Source of the DNA: Pristiophorus japonicus
Taxonomy: Eukaryota
NCBI RefSeq assembly: GCF_044704955.1
Contig: NC_091992.1
Span: forward strand, 55,924,001 to 55,988,000
DNA: 64,000 nucleotides
Reading direction: 5' to 3'
Under the pieces are notes generated by a model, which saw only the letters and a program-made list of their open reading frames with translations, did not search any database and was not told the origin of the DNA. Positions 12,261-24,459 of this stretch are shown here, in pieces. The position numbers were made by a program, and so were the translations under genes. Every line of letters starts with the position of its first letter. The first letter of the stretch is position 1.

Positions 12261-14664
12261 AGATATGGACACATTATTCAGGAGACATAAAAGGGAAAGT
12301 ATTTTCATTGAAAGCACTTCCCCTTTAAGCAGGGTAAAACACAAGCTAGCAAATCCCAGTGAAGTCTTCAAAATCCTGAATCCATCTCAGCCTCGGGGTG
12401 CTGCAGAATCCCAGAGAACCGCAACTACGGGCGGCTAGAGAGCGGACTGGGATGCCCGCCCGGTGGTGTGCTGTAGCCAGGGGATTAGTGCAATCAGGCT
12501 GGCACTAGCTAACGCCATTAACTATCAACGTGCATCCAGGTAGCAAGAGGGCCTTCCCTCGATTATAGCAACAAGGGGCTCAGCCCTTACAATATCCCTA
12601 ATGAGCAAACACCTTGCCCGTGCAGGGACTCTGAACCAAATGCCACACTTGCCTCAATAGGACTACCGCCTGACTGTTCACGGCCCAAGAGGAAGGACGA
12701 GTATTCATTTGTATAATGGAATTACTATCGCTGTAACCCACCACCTTGCCCTGCACGCTCTCCCCAAAACTCTTGCCCCACTACTACTCTTTGACTTTTG
12801 CGTTCAGTTCTTTTCCCTAATCTTTCTACTCAATCCCGCCTTAGGACATTTAATTAACTAAAAAGTTGGTGCAGTATCTAAGGTGGTAACCCTTAATTCT
12901 TCACACCAAACTGCTCCCACTAGCTGCACTTCAACCAGTGTTAAACGGCTCAAAATACTTTCCCCAGACACAATCCAAAGATTGAGGGGACAAATGCAAA
13001 TCAGAATGCTGAGGGATTTTCATGGTTCAATTGTGGAAAAGTCGCACACACACCGAACCATCACAATTCATGGAAATCCTACTGAGGATTTCTTCTGATG
13101 ACTCACCATTGTTGTGGCCTCCGATTATCAGACTATCGGAGAGATTGAACACTGGAGAATTACGGTAGAATATACAAGAGATGTGCATCAGTATGGGTGT
13201 GATGTTCTATTTATCCCAAATTTATTTATAGTCCCCATACCCATCTCTGCAGTTGGTTCAATAACATGGTTTTTTTTTAGCACTTTTTAACTAGTCAAAA
13301 TGATTGCTTTATTAACATTCGCAGGTTCATTTTGCTTTTTTACCCCTGCTGCATGGACCTACTGAGGATCGGGACTCACATCACTGTTCAGCATCGTGGA
13401 AACTTGCTCTCTCAGAAGCCCTCCCCTCCCAAGCATAAGATACATATTGCAGCTTCTTTGAGGAGCATCCCTTACAGCACTGAAAACCACTGCAGCTTTT
13501 GATCACCACCCAAAGCCTGTTCACATACTTCACACTCACTACTGCAGCCAGAAACAGGGATAAGTACCAGCTCATCGGCGATGTACAGGTCAGTATCCTA
13601 GCAACAGTTGATAGCCTGTGATGGCTGAGATTTTAATAATCTGGAAATATCTCCACTTACAGGTTATTGAAGATAAAAGATAGAGGAGCAGGAACAAGCC
13701 TTTTACTTCTTAAGATGCTTAATTAAAAATTGCTCTAAATCCCAACAGACTGAACGTGTTAACATTTTGTAAATTGTCTATCAAGATAGTACCGCATACA
13801 AAAATAGGAAGTCAAATTCTGTCAGATCACTGCATTCTCTGAAATCACATGTCCGGGACGTTTACTAGCCGAACGTTCCTTCACCCTCGAGGCGCAAACA
13901 TGAATAATTGGTCAGTTGGGTGCGGTGTAAGATACCCAGCACATGTGGAACTGTACCCCAGCAAGGGGTCAACGCCCTTGAGAGAGATGGGGAAGGGAGG
14001 AATTAAAAGTTGAGGCAAGGGAAAAAGAGAGTAAAATAAAATTGGAGTCCTTAAAAACAGATTGCCATTTAGTTTTTGACACCTCTCGGAGGTTCTCCTT
14101 TCCGAGATCTGCCTCGGTTTTTCTTGCACCTAGCTAAGAGGTGCCTTGGGATGTTCATGCTGTCAAAATATCACACTGAACTCAATTCACCTCCAGAATT
14201 TCCACTGAGTGACAGGCCTTAAACAACCAACTTCAATCTGCTGTGCAACTTAAATCCTCTCTCCTGGCACAAGTGGAAAAGGCTAAAACCTACAATGGTA
14301 CTGGCTGTTTTTTATAGTTCGAGTGGACACCATTATAGCATTACACACACCCGTCATTAAGCTTTACTAAAGTCCAGAAGATTACACTGGAACTTAGCGA
14401 AGCTAGTCACTGTAGGACTGACCTCACACGGGCTTTTAATGCACACTCAAGTCCGACTGATTGGTCTCCTGAAGATACTAACTCTTGCTGGGACACAGTT
14501 TCCCAAGCACATCATTCAAGTGGCCAATCTTCCTTTCTGAGGAATTTCAACATCCAATTTCCAGGAAGGGTTTCCGGACAGCAATCAGGAATGGTAACCA
14601 GGACTGTTTATTTCTGTGTTTGTTCCTCATTTCCTAGCCCATGAGGACTGAGACCAATAAAAAT

Positions 14665-15450
14665 ATAAGGGCATAAGAAATAAGAGCAGGAGTAGGCCAT
14701 CTGGCCCCTCGAGCCTGCTCCGCTATTCAATAAGATCATAGCTGATCCGATCATGGACTCAGCTCCACTTCCCTACCCGCTCCCCATAACTCCTTACTCC
14801 TTATCGTTTAAGAAACTGTCTCTCTCTGTCTTGAATTTATTCGATGTCCCGCCTTCCACAGCTCTGAGGCAGCGAATTCCACAGATTTACAACCCTCAAA
14901 GAAATTCCTTCTCATCTCAGTTTTAAATGGATGGCCCCACATTCTAAGATCATGCCCCCTAGTTCTAGTCTCCCCTATCAGTGGAAACATTCCTCTCTGT
15001 AGCCACCTTGTCAAGCCCCCTCACAATCTTATACTTTTCGATAAGATCACCTCTCATTCTTCTGAATTCCAATGAGTAGAGGCCCAACCTCTACTCATTG
15101 GAATTCAGAAGAGGGGGCTTTTCTCATAAGTCAACCCCCTCATCCCCAGAATCAACCTAGTGAATCTTCTCTGATCAGCCTCCAATGCAAATATACCATT
15201 TCTTAAGTATGGAAACCAAAACTGCACGCAATATTCCAGGTGTGGCCTCACCAATACCTTGTACAACGGCAGCAAGACTTCCCTGCTTTTATACTCCATC
15301 CCCTTTGCAACAAAGGTAAAGATTCCATTGGCCTTCCTGATCACTTGCTGTACCTGCATACTATCCTTTTGTGTTTCGTGCACAAGTACCCCCAGGTCCC
15401 GCTGGAGTGCAGCACTTTGCAATTTTTCTCCATTTAAATAATAGCTTGCT
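14665..15450 (-). mobile_element. 5'-truncated CR1 with internal fold-back rearrangement
   Basis: ORFs 15105-15422 and 14808-15014 are CR1 ORF2 pieces; tail at ~14670. Confidence 0.92.
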
Positions 15451-16284
15451 CTTTGATATTTTCTGCCAATGGGAAAAGTCCAGGTGCCTGTTCAGTCTGG
15501 GATCAGTTAACCCCTCGCAGATCTGGAATCCAACTTGGGATCTTCAGTTCTGCATGACTTCTTACTGCACCGGGCTGTGCTTCTAGCCCCTAGAGTTCAT
15601 TCCCAGGGGGAAGGTGTGGGGCGTCTACAGATTTCACCTGCAGATTATTTTACACTTTTGACAATTCTCACACTCAACCCACATCAGCTTTGGTTGCCAA
15701 GCAACAGAATGTACCACCCCCTCCAAAAGGCCACACTTCCCTCCCGCCTCAGTTCCAGGCATGCCGCAACAATTCGAGACCCCACTCTTACAGCGGCAGA
15801 CATTGCTACGGACAGAGCCGCAGCAACACCCGAGAGATAGGCAAGCCAACTGGGAAACGGCACCAGCGGGCCCTCGCTAATGCGGCCCACTCAGTTCACC
15901 AGGCACCAAATCCTTCACTTACACCGCGGGGCGGATTTGGACGCGGGACTCCCCTCATTCCGATCACAGACCGCCCAGTGCCAGCGGAAAAGGGGAGGGC
16001 TCACATCACCAAACTGACAACCAGGAAACAAAATGATGGCGTCAACACCATTTGAACAGCCATTTACCAAGCTGGCTTTCAAAAACTGCCTGTGCCCCTC
16101 ACTAACTGACACAACAGGCACGCACGGGGTGGGGCAAGAGGGCCTGTCGTTCACCCGCACCATGGGCACAAGCTGTGCCATCATGCCCCCTGGGTGTAAA
16201 TCCCACCGACAGGGCAGATGTTACAGACCCTGCCCCCGGGAAGGGGAGCACCAACTGACCTGCACCAACCCCTCTCCAATGCCA

Positions 16285-16440
16285 TGGAGAAGGGAGGGGA
16301 GGGAGGGGGAGGAAGGAGAGGGGAGAAGGGAGGGGGAGGAGGGGAGGGGAGAGGAGAGGGGGAGAAAAAGAGAAAGGGGGGGAAAGAGAAAGAGGGGAAG
16401 AGAGTGAGAGAGAGGGGGGGGAGGTGGGGAAGGAAGGCGG
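16285..16440. repeat. Polypurine (GA-rich) low-complexity tract at the 5' end of AP2B1 intron 1
   Basis: ~150 nt almost entirely G/A on the + strand. Confidence 0.9.
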
Positions 16441-16700
16441 ATCAACGCAGCCGGCCCGAGGCTGGACGGAGCTCGGCAGGAAAGAGCGAGGCCTGGAGGC
16501 AGCTTCGGCCTAAGGCGGGTGCCGGGGAGATGGTAAGGTGGGTAAGCGAGAGACCGACCTGTGAGGAGCCGGAACCGGAGAGATGAGGAGCTGGAACTGC
16601 AACTGGAGCCGGAGGGCGGGGCTAGCGCCGTGTGCCGGGCAAAGCCGTCCCCGGGAGGCCGAGCCGGAAGTGGGCGGGGGAAGAGTGGGAAGGCCGGGGT
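16440..16700 (-). promoter_or_regulatory. CpG-island promoter of AP2B1
   Basis: Dense CpG; ETS/GABPA motif CCGGAAGTG 16664-16672; GC boxes GGGCGGGG at 16614-16621 and 16672-16679. Confidence 0.75.
16559..16650 (-). other. AP2B1: Probable non-coding first exon of AP2B1 (5' boundary uncertain)
   Basis: Inside a CpG-rich island; donor CACAG|GTCGGT at 16559/16558. The ATG exon has an acceptor, so an upstream exon is required. Confidence 0.55.
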
Positions 16701-16780
16701 CCCAGGTCCCAGATAGCCCTGCCCCAGACAGCAGCCAGACACCATCCCTGCCCCAGACACCAGCCAGATACCCTGCACTA

Positions 16781-17145
16781 TATGTGGAGAGAGAAACAAA
16801 ATTAATGTTTCAGGTCATCACAAGTGGAAAAAGTTACATCTAACACATTTTAAACAACTGCAGGGGAAGGGGAGGAAAGAACAAAAGGGAAGGTCTGTGA
16901 TAGGATGGAAGGCCGTAGTGATCGAATGACGAGGGATGATGCTGCAAGGCAACAGGAGATGGTAATGGGACAAAAGAGCAGGTGCTGCGGGAGTGGGAGT
17001 TGGGGGTGATGGAATGGTGGACCACAGTTCTGATGAAGGATCACAGACCCAAAACGTTAACTCTGTTTCTCTCCACAGATGCTGTCTAACCCGCTGAGAT
17101 TTCCAGCATTTTCAGTTTTTATTTCAGTTTCCTGCAATTGTAGAA
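16781..17145. mobile_element. Penelope-like terminal fragments in inverted arrangement
   Basis: Minus-strand pLTR piece 16781-17020 followed by a plus-strand pLTR piece 17025-17145 with the same TCTCCACAGATG motif. Confidence 0.7.
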
Positions 17146-17200
17146 TTTTGCTTTTGTAAAGAAACAAAAGATGGGTCTAGAGGAGGTGTAAATGGGAATA

Positions 17201-17732
17201 CAGTTTGAACCTCTCATATCCAGGACTCCCTTATCCGGCACCACCCCTCGTCTGGCACCATTCCTGGCCGTCAGGTGGCGCATGTGCAGATACATTTTTT
17301 TCATACTCACCAATATTCTCTGCTCTCTTGAAGACGGAGACTCCTTCCTCGGTCCAATTCTGAAGGCACTGTTTCCCTAAATGGCCTTGAAGGTAGGTAT
17401 TCAAGTTGGTGGGGGTGAGGGTGGGGCGGCAGTAGAGAGGTTCTCCATTCCCCGCTGCCGTTGACGCTCCCTCTGAGGTCGGGCCGGCAGGCCGTGTCCT
17501 CACCTCGGTGCTCTGCCAAACAAAAAGAAAATACCTCTTCATTACTTTCAATGAATCTTGGAGATCGTGGGTAGGGGAGGGGCAGTGAATCGCAGGGTTG
17601 AGGATATCTGTATCGGGGCTGGCTGGCAGTTATAAAAGATGATAGAACACATGACCGCCCCTCGTCTGGCAAAATCCCTTATCCAGCACAGGCTCGGTCC
17701 CGAGGGTGCCGGATAAGAGAGGGTTCAACCTG
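17201..17732. mobile_element. Tc1/mariner (Tigger/pogo-like) MITE
   Basis: TA|CAGTTTGAACCTCTCATATCC ... GGATAAGAGAGGGTTCAACCTG|TA: imperfect TIRs with TA TSD. Confidence 0.85.
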
Positions 17733-17734
17733 TA

Positions 17735-20700
17735 GTAGAATCATCAGCGCTAGCTGCTGTCCAAAAAAATGGGAGCAGAGGTTATGATCGGAAACTGTTG
17801 GACTCAATGTTGAGTTGGGAAGGCACTAAAGTGCCTAATAGAAGGTGTGGTATTGTTCCTCAAGCTTACCATTGGAACAGTGTAGGAGGCCAAGGACAGA
17901 GAGGTCCGAGTGGGAGTGGTCCAGAGAATTAAAGTGACAGGCGGTTGGAAGCTCAGGGTCACGCTTGCAGACTGAACGGAAGTGTTTCACAAAGCGGTCA
18001 CCAAAACTGTTTGATTTCCCCAATGTAGAGGAGACCCGTAAGCAGCGAATACAGTATACTAACTTGAAAGAAGTACAAGTAAATTGCTGTTTCACCTGGA
18101 AGGAGTGTTTTGGGCCTTGGATAGTGGGAAGGGAGAAAGTAAAAGGGCAGGTGTTGCATCCCCTGTGCTTGCACGGGAAGGTGCTGCAGGAATGGGAGTG
18201 GGGTTGATAGAATGGTGGACCAGGGTGTCACGGAGGGAATGGTCCCTTGGGGATGCTGAAAGAGGAGGGGAGGGGAAGATGTGTTTGGTGGTGGGATCAC
18301 GCTGGAGATTGCGTAAATGACACAAGATGTTCCGTTGAACGCGGAGGCTGGTGGGGTGGAAGGTGAGAACAAGGGGAACCCTATTGTGGTTCTGGAAGGG
18401 AGGGGAAGGGGTGAGAGCAGAACTGTGGGAAATAGAACAGACAAGGTCGAGGGCCCTGTCAACCCGGGTGGAGGGGAATCCTCGGTTCAGAAAAAAGGAA
18501 GACATAGAGGAAACATTGGTATAGTAGAATCGTGGAACAGATGCGACGGAGAATGGAATAGAGTCCTTACAGGAAGCGGGGTGGGAGGAAGTGTAGTCCA
18601 GGTAGCTGTGAAGAGACAGTTTGTTTATAGTCATCATCATCATCATAGGCAGTCCCTCGGAGTCGAGGAAGACTTGCTTCCACTCTAAAAGTGAGTTCTC
18701 AGGTGACTGAGGAGTCCAGTGCGGGTCCGACAGTATCTGTCACAGATGGGGCAGACAGTGGTTGAAGGAAAGGGTGGTTAGGGAGCCTAGGTTGACGCAC
18801 GCTCCTTCCGCTGTCTACATTTGGTTTCTGCTTGTTCTCGGCGATGGGACTCGAGGTGCTCAGCGCATGCCTGGATGCTCTTCCTCCACTTAGGGCGGTT
18901 GTGGGTCAGGGATTCCCAGGAGTCGGTGGGGATGTTGCATTTTATCAAGGAGGCTTTGAGGATGTCCTTGAAGCATTTCCTCTGCCCACTTGGGGCTCGC
19001 TTGCCATATCGAAGCTCCGCGTAGAGCGCTTGCTTTGGGAATCTCGTAAGCCATGATCATATTGAATGGTGGTGCAGGCTCGAAGGGCCGAATAGCCTAC
19101 TCCTGCATCTATTTTCTATGTTTCTATGATGTGGCCCGCCCAACGGAGCTGATCAAGCGTGGTCAATACTTCGATGCTGGGAATGTTGGCCTGAGTGAGA
19201 ACACTGACATTGGTGCGTCGATCCTGCTAATGGATTTGCAGGATCTTATACTTCTCCAGTGTTTTGAGGTGTCTGCTGTATATAGTCCAAGTCTCTGAGC
19301 CATATAGGAGGGCGGGTATCACTACTGTCCTGTAGACCATAAGCTTGGTGCCGGATTTGAGGTCCTGGTCTTCAAACACTCTCTTCCTCATGCGACCAAA
19401 TGCTGCGCTGGCGCACTGAAGGCGGTGTTGGACCTCATCATCAATGTCTGCTCTTGCTGACAGTAGGCTCCCGAAGTATGGAAAATGGTCCACGTTGTCC
19501 ATGACTTCGTCGTGGATTTTGATAATTAGGAGGTAGGGGTCAGGTTTGTCTTACGGATGTTTAGCATAAGGCCCATGCTCTCGTACGCCTCGGTGAAGGT
19601 GTTGACAATGACAGTGGCGTCATCGGCATACTGTAGTTCACTGACAGAGGATGGGACAACCTTGGATCTGGCCTGGAGGCGGCGGAGGTTGAACAGATTC
19701 CCATCTGTTCTATAATTTAACTCCACTCCAGTGGGGAACTTGCTACGGGTGAGATGTAGTATTGCAGCAAGGAAGATCGAAAGGAGGATGGGTGCGATAA
19801 CGCATTCCTGCTTGGCCCTGGTCCGGACGTGGATTGGGTCTGTGGTGGATCCATTGGTCAGGATCATGGCTTGCATGTCATCATGGAGCAGATGAAGAAT
19901 GACGACAAACTTTTGAGGGCAGCCGAAATGGAGAAGGACGCTCCATAATCCCTCACTGTTGACAGTGTCAGCAGCCTTTGTGAAGTCAAATAAGGCCATG
20001 TACAAGGGTTGGTGCTGTTCCCTGCATTTCTCTTGTAATTGTCGCGCGGTAAAGATCATGTCCGTTGTAACCCTTAGTGGATGGAATCCACATTGTGACT
20101 CTGGGAGGAGCTCTTCAGCCACAGGGAGAAGACGATTGAGGAGGATTCTTGCAATGACTTTCCGTGGCGGACAGCAGAGAGATTCCTCTGTAGTTACCGC
20201 CAGCGGACTTGTCCTCTTTTTTGAAGATAGTCACGATTATCCCTGAGATGATCTGGCATGCTCTCCTCCTTCCAGATAAGAGATATTAGGTCATGTTTTT
20301 GTGCCAATAGTTCTTCTCCGCCATGCTTTAGTGCTTCAGCGGGAATTTCATCTGCTCCCGTTGCCTTGTTCTTGAGCTGACGGATGGCCTTTGCTACCTT
20401 GTGCTGCGCTGGGGTTTTGCTGAGATGGTAACGGGTAGCATGCTGTGGGATGGAGTCAAGGACACTTGCGTCGAAGACAGAGTCTCAGTCAGGAGATCTT
20501 CTAAATGTTCCTTCCAACGGGCACTGACTGCCTCTCTGTCTTTGATGAATACCTCACCGTTCTTGGCCAGCAGTGGGATAGGGCCTTGGGTGCTTGGGTC
20601 CTAGGTGGTCGTGACTGCGCTGAAGAATCCTCACACGTCGTGATTGTCGGCTAACTGCTGGATCTTCTGTGCTTTCCCCACCCACCATTTGTTTTTTAGG

Positions 20701-21655
20701 TTGCGGGTTTTTTGTTGGACCTCGGCCTTCAGCTGTCTGTAGAGCTCCTTTCTTGCTCTCATGTTGGGTTGTTGTTTTAAGTTCAGAAATGCCTTGCACT
20801 TGCGACTTATTAACTCCTGGATCTCCTGGTCATTCTCGTCAAACCAGTCTTAGTGTTTCCTGGTCGAGTGACCGAGTGTCTCTTTGCAGGTGCTGATTAT
20901 GGAGGCCTTGAGGGCAGATAAGGCGCTGTGGGCATTCTGCGCCTTTGGGTTATCGATAGACTATACCCAGAAATGGAAACAGAGAAGTTGGGGAAGGGAA
21001 GGGAAGATTCAAAGCTGGACCATGTGAAGGCGACACCGATACAGTCACCAATGCACCAGAAAAAGAGGTGAGGGAACGGACCTGAGCAGGACTGGAACAA
21101 AGAATGTTCCACTTATCCCATGAAAAGGCAGGCATAGCTCGGACTCATACAGGTTCCCATAGAAACGCATTTTATTTGAGGAAGGGTGTCACAGGAGAAG
21201 TTGTTCAATGTGAGAACAAGTTCAGCCGGACAGGGGAGTGTGGTGATGGATGGGGACTGGTTGGGCCTCTGTTCAGGAAAGAAGCGGAACGCCATCAGGC
21301 CGTCCTGGTGGAGGATGGAGGTGAAGAGGGATTGGATGTCTATGGTGAAAAGGACACGGTTAGGGCCAGGAAACTGGAAACTTGAGGTGGCGGAGGGCGT
21401 CAAAGAGTCGTAGTTGTAGGTGGGAAGAGACTGGACAAGAAAAGCTAAAAATAGAGTCGAGATAGGAGGAAATCAGTGTCGTGCGGCAAGAATGGGCTGA
21501 AATGATGGATCTACCAGGCAGTCCTGTTTATGGATCTTGGGATGGAGGGAGAAGCGAGCTGTGCGGGCTTGGGAGACTATGAGGTTGGAGGCTGTTGATC
21601 TCTCCACAGATGCTGCATGACCTGCTGAGTATTTCAAGCATTTTATGTTTTTAGT
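17735..21655 (-). mobile_element. Penelope-like retroelement (RT + GIY-YIG), decayed, split by an RTE insertion
   Basis: RT remnant LFTIDIQSLFTSI..VSMGT.MSPSYA.LFMG (21113-21403); SYLDYTSSHP (18092-18646); GIY-YIG remnant LVYCIRC / LLYIGE / CHFNS (17835-18095); inverted pLTR piece ~21597-21655. Confidence 0.88.
18631..20948 (-). mobile_element. RTE-clade LINE (~2.3 kb, 5'-truncated) containing a CR1 tail fragment at ~19048-19127
   Basis: LPESQCGF..DMIFTARQLQEKCREQ..DFTKA.DTV..LQYADD, FPYFGS..LLYGSETW; (GAT)n tail at 18631-18645. Confidence 0.93.
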
Positions 21656-22371
21656 TCTACTCTTTTAATTGAGCAGACATTGGGTGTTATCAACCCAATT
21701 AAAACATAATCTAACAAAAGTGCCCCCTTTTAAAGGAGCACAACTAATAGAAAACTAAATCATAATAAACAGAGGAAACTCATCACATTAAATTAGAATT
21801 CTATTATCTGTCTTGATAATATACTCCAGTCTCTGTGGTCCACACACCCATTCAGTTCTACCTGTGCAACTACCAGGGCAGATGGAAAGGTTCTCACCTG
21901 AAATGGTCCCATTCTGCATCCTGGTTAAGGTTTGCCAACTCTGGCCGGACATATTCCTGGAGGTATCATCACATGACCCTCCCGCCCTGCCCCTATGCTC
22001 CTGCCATTGGTCGCCCGACATGCCCACCACCTTCCCATGACAAATGGAAGGTGAACAGACTCTTCATTACCCAGATTGAATGATTCTTGACTGTTGGTCA
22101 AACAGCATTTTGTGCCCAAGAGATCAATCTTTAATTCCTGGAGACTCCAAGACAATCCTGGAGGATTTTTATTCCCAGTCCTGGTCAACATTCCTGCCTC
22201 AACCAATATCACTAAAGATTGTCTGGTCCTTTATCTCATTTGCTGTTGTGGAACCTTGCTGTGTGCAAATTGGCTGTTGCATTTTTCCACATTACAAGTG
22301 ACTACCCCTCAAAAGTACTTAGTTGTCTGTGAAGTGTTTTTGAACATCCTGAGTTCATAAAAGGCGCTATA

Positions 22372-22757
22372 TTGGGTTTAAGTCCCACTCCAGGGACTTG
22401 AGCATGAAAAATCTAGGCTGACACTCCAGTGCAGTGCTGAAGGAGCGCTGCACAGTCGGATAATATGTTTTGGATTTCGGATATGTGCCGTCTTTCGGAT
22501 GAGACGTTAAATCGAGGTCCCGTCTGCTCTCTCAAGTGGATGGAAAAGATCCCACTATTTCAAAGAAAAGCAGGGGAGTTATCCTCGGTGTCCTGGTCAA
22601 ATTTATCACATTGCTGTTTGTGGGAGCTTGCTTGTGCGCAAATTGGCTGCCGCATTTCCTACATTACAACAGTGACTACACCCCAAAAATACTTCATTGG
22701 CTGTAAAGTGCTTTGAGACATCCAGTGACCGTGAAAGGCGCTATATAAATGCAAGTC
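22372..22757 (+). mobile_element. DeuSINE (SacSINE1-like)
   Basis: Deu-domain GCTGACACTCCAGTGCAGTGCTGA..CCGTCTTTCGGATGAGACGTTAAA with L2-like tail; preceded by another tail fragment ~22200-22370. Confidence 0.82.
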
Positions 22758-23519
22758 AACCAATCTATATTTGAATGAGTGAGGAGTACATTACGTAATG
22801 AAAGGAAAGAAATGCCTTGCTTACTTTGACACCACCTCCCAGCCCTGTGACCTCAACCACTGAGGACAAGAACAGCAATATTATTGTAAGGTTGCTCCAT
22901 CCCAGTTCTCCACCAAATCAATGCGGCTTCATTGCTGCTGGGTCAAAACCTGGGATTCCTCAACTAGAATGTGGAACTCACCAGCACATGGAGTGGTAGA
23001 GACGAATAGCATAGATGCATTTAAGGAGAAGCAAAATAAACACACGAGGGAGAAAGGAATCGAAGGATAGAATGATATGTTGATGGGGTTAGATGAAGAA
23101 GGATGGGAGGAGGCTCATGTGGAGCATAAACACCGGCATGGACCCATTGGGCAGAATGGCCTATATCTGCACTGTAAATATAATGTCATACTATGTACTA
23201 TATAATCAAAAACAGGCAAAGGCAAACAACCCCCTTGAACAAAAGGAACCACAGTCATCTTATTACTGTACCCCTTATTTGGTCTTCTTACTTCAGGAAG
23301 AATGTCATGACTATGGAGAAGGTGCAGAAGAGATTCACTAAGGTGATGCCAAGGATGACAGGCTCTAATTATGAAGAGGGACTAGAAAAATTGGGTTTCT
23401 TTTTATTAGAAGAAAGAAGCTTAAGGAGTGAAGAACTCATTGGACAGCTCTTTCAAAGAGCTGGGACAGGCAGGATGGGCCGGATTGGTTCTTTCTGTGC
23501 TGCATGATTCTATATTGAC

Positions 23520-23790
23520 CAACAGGTCTCTGCTGATTGCAGTTAGGCCAGCGAAAAGGGTGATACAATTTGCCTCAGTGCTATTGGGCATGGCGGGGGG
23601 CGGGGTGTATATCAGCCAGTGTTCCTGCTCCTAATCACTATTCAGTGATCCCCTGCTTGAAAGCCCCCATGTAAGGACATGGTCCGACGACAGGCTTGTC
23701 TTTGATTCCTCCCATGGTTGCACAGCCTTGGAGCATTCATTATCCAGTCAGCACCTGTGGAACAATATCCGATCTCGACTCAGCACTTTC
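23520..23790 (+). mobile_element. AmnSINE2-like element
   Basis: TACAATTTGCCTCAGTG..ATCAGCCAGTGTTCCTGCTCCTAATCACTATTCAGTGATCCCCTGC resembles the recalled AmnSINE2 body; related copies at ~14520-14660 (-) and 40470-40762 (-). Confidence 0.55.
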
Positions 23791-24459
23791 ATGAGAGAAA
23801 AATTGTAGCATTAGAAAACAATATATAATTGAACATGAGACTAATTTAATAGCTTTTTCAAAGAGCAGGGACAGGCATGATGGGCTAAATGGTCTCCTTC
23901 TGTGCTGTAAGATTCTATGGTCAGTGAATCAGCAAGTGGAAGGTATAAAAAAAATCATTGCCAAAGGAATGAAGGGCAACATTAATAGATAGTTTGCCCC
24001 ACCAGAAACAATGGTGAAAGCAGAATCCCTAACAACTTCAAATATTTGGAAAAGAAAAATTTTAAAGGGTACGGTTCAAAAGATGAGGAATGGGACTAAG
24101 TTGGTCAGCCTTTCAAAGATGTGATGGACTGAATGGCCTCTTTCTGTGCTCTCAGGATCTGTGGTTCTACGATGAGTTTGTTTTTTACATAAACTAAAAA
24201 TAAAGTAACACAAATTTCTTAGTATGTGTCTGGATTCCTTACCCAGCAACCTGGTTCCATGGCTGTGAATGCAAAGTTGATGCTGCATCTGTCAGAACAG
24301 TAGAGGTGTGATGTCAATAGATTATTTTTCTCTCATTCTTTCCTCCTTTCCTTTTCCTTTTTTTTACATCATTTCTCTTTTGCTCTTTTTCTCCTTTTAG
24401 ATGCTTTTCTTTTCACTCAACTGTCAGATTTCCGCTTCTCATAATTTTCTGTTTCTCTT

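Noticed and set aside
16528-16548. Plus-strand donor-like motifs ATG|GTAAGG and GG|GTAAGC as a separate gene's first exon
   Set aside because: No downstream plus-strand exons are recognisable before PEX12, and the minus-strand AP2B1 model explains the island.
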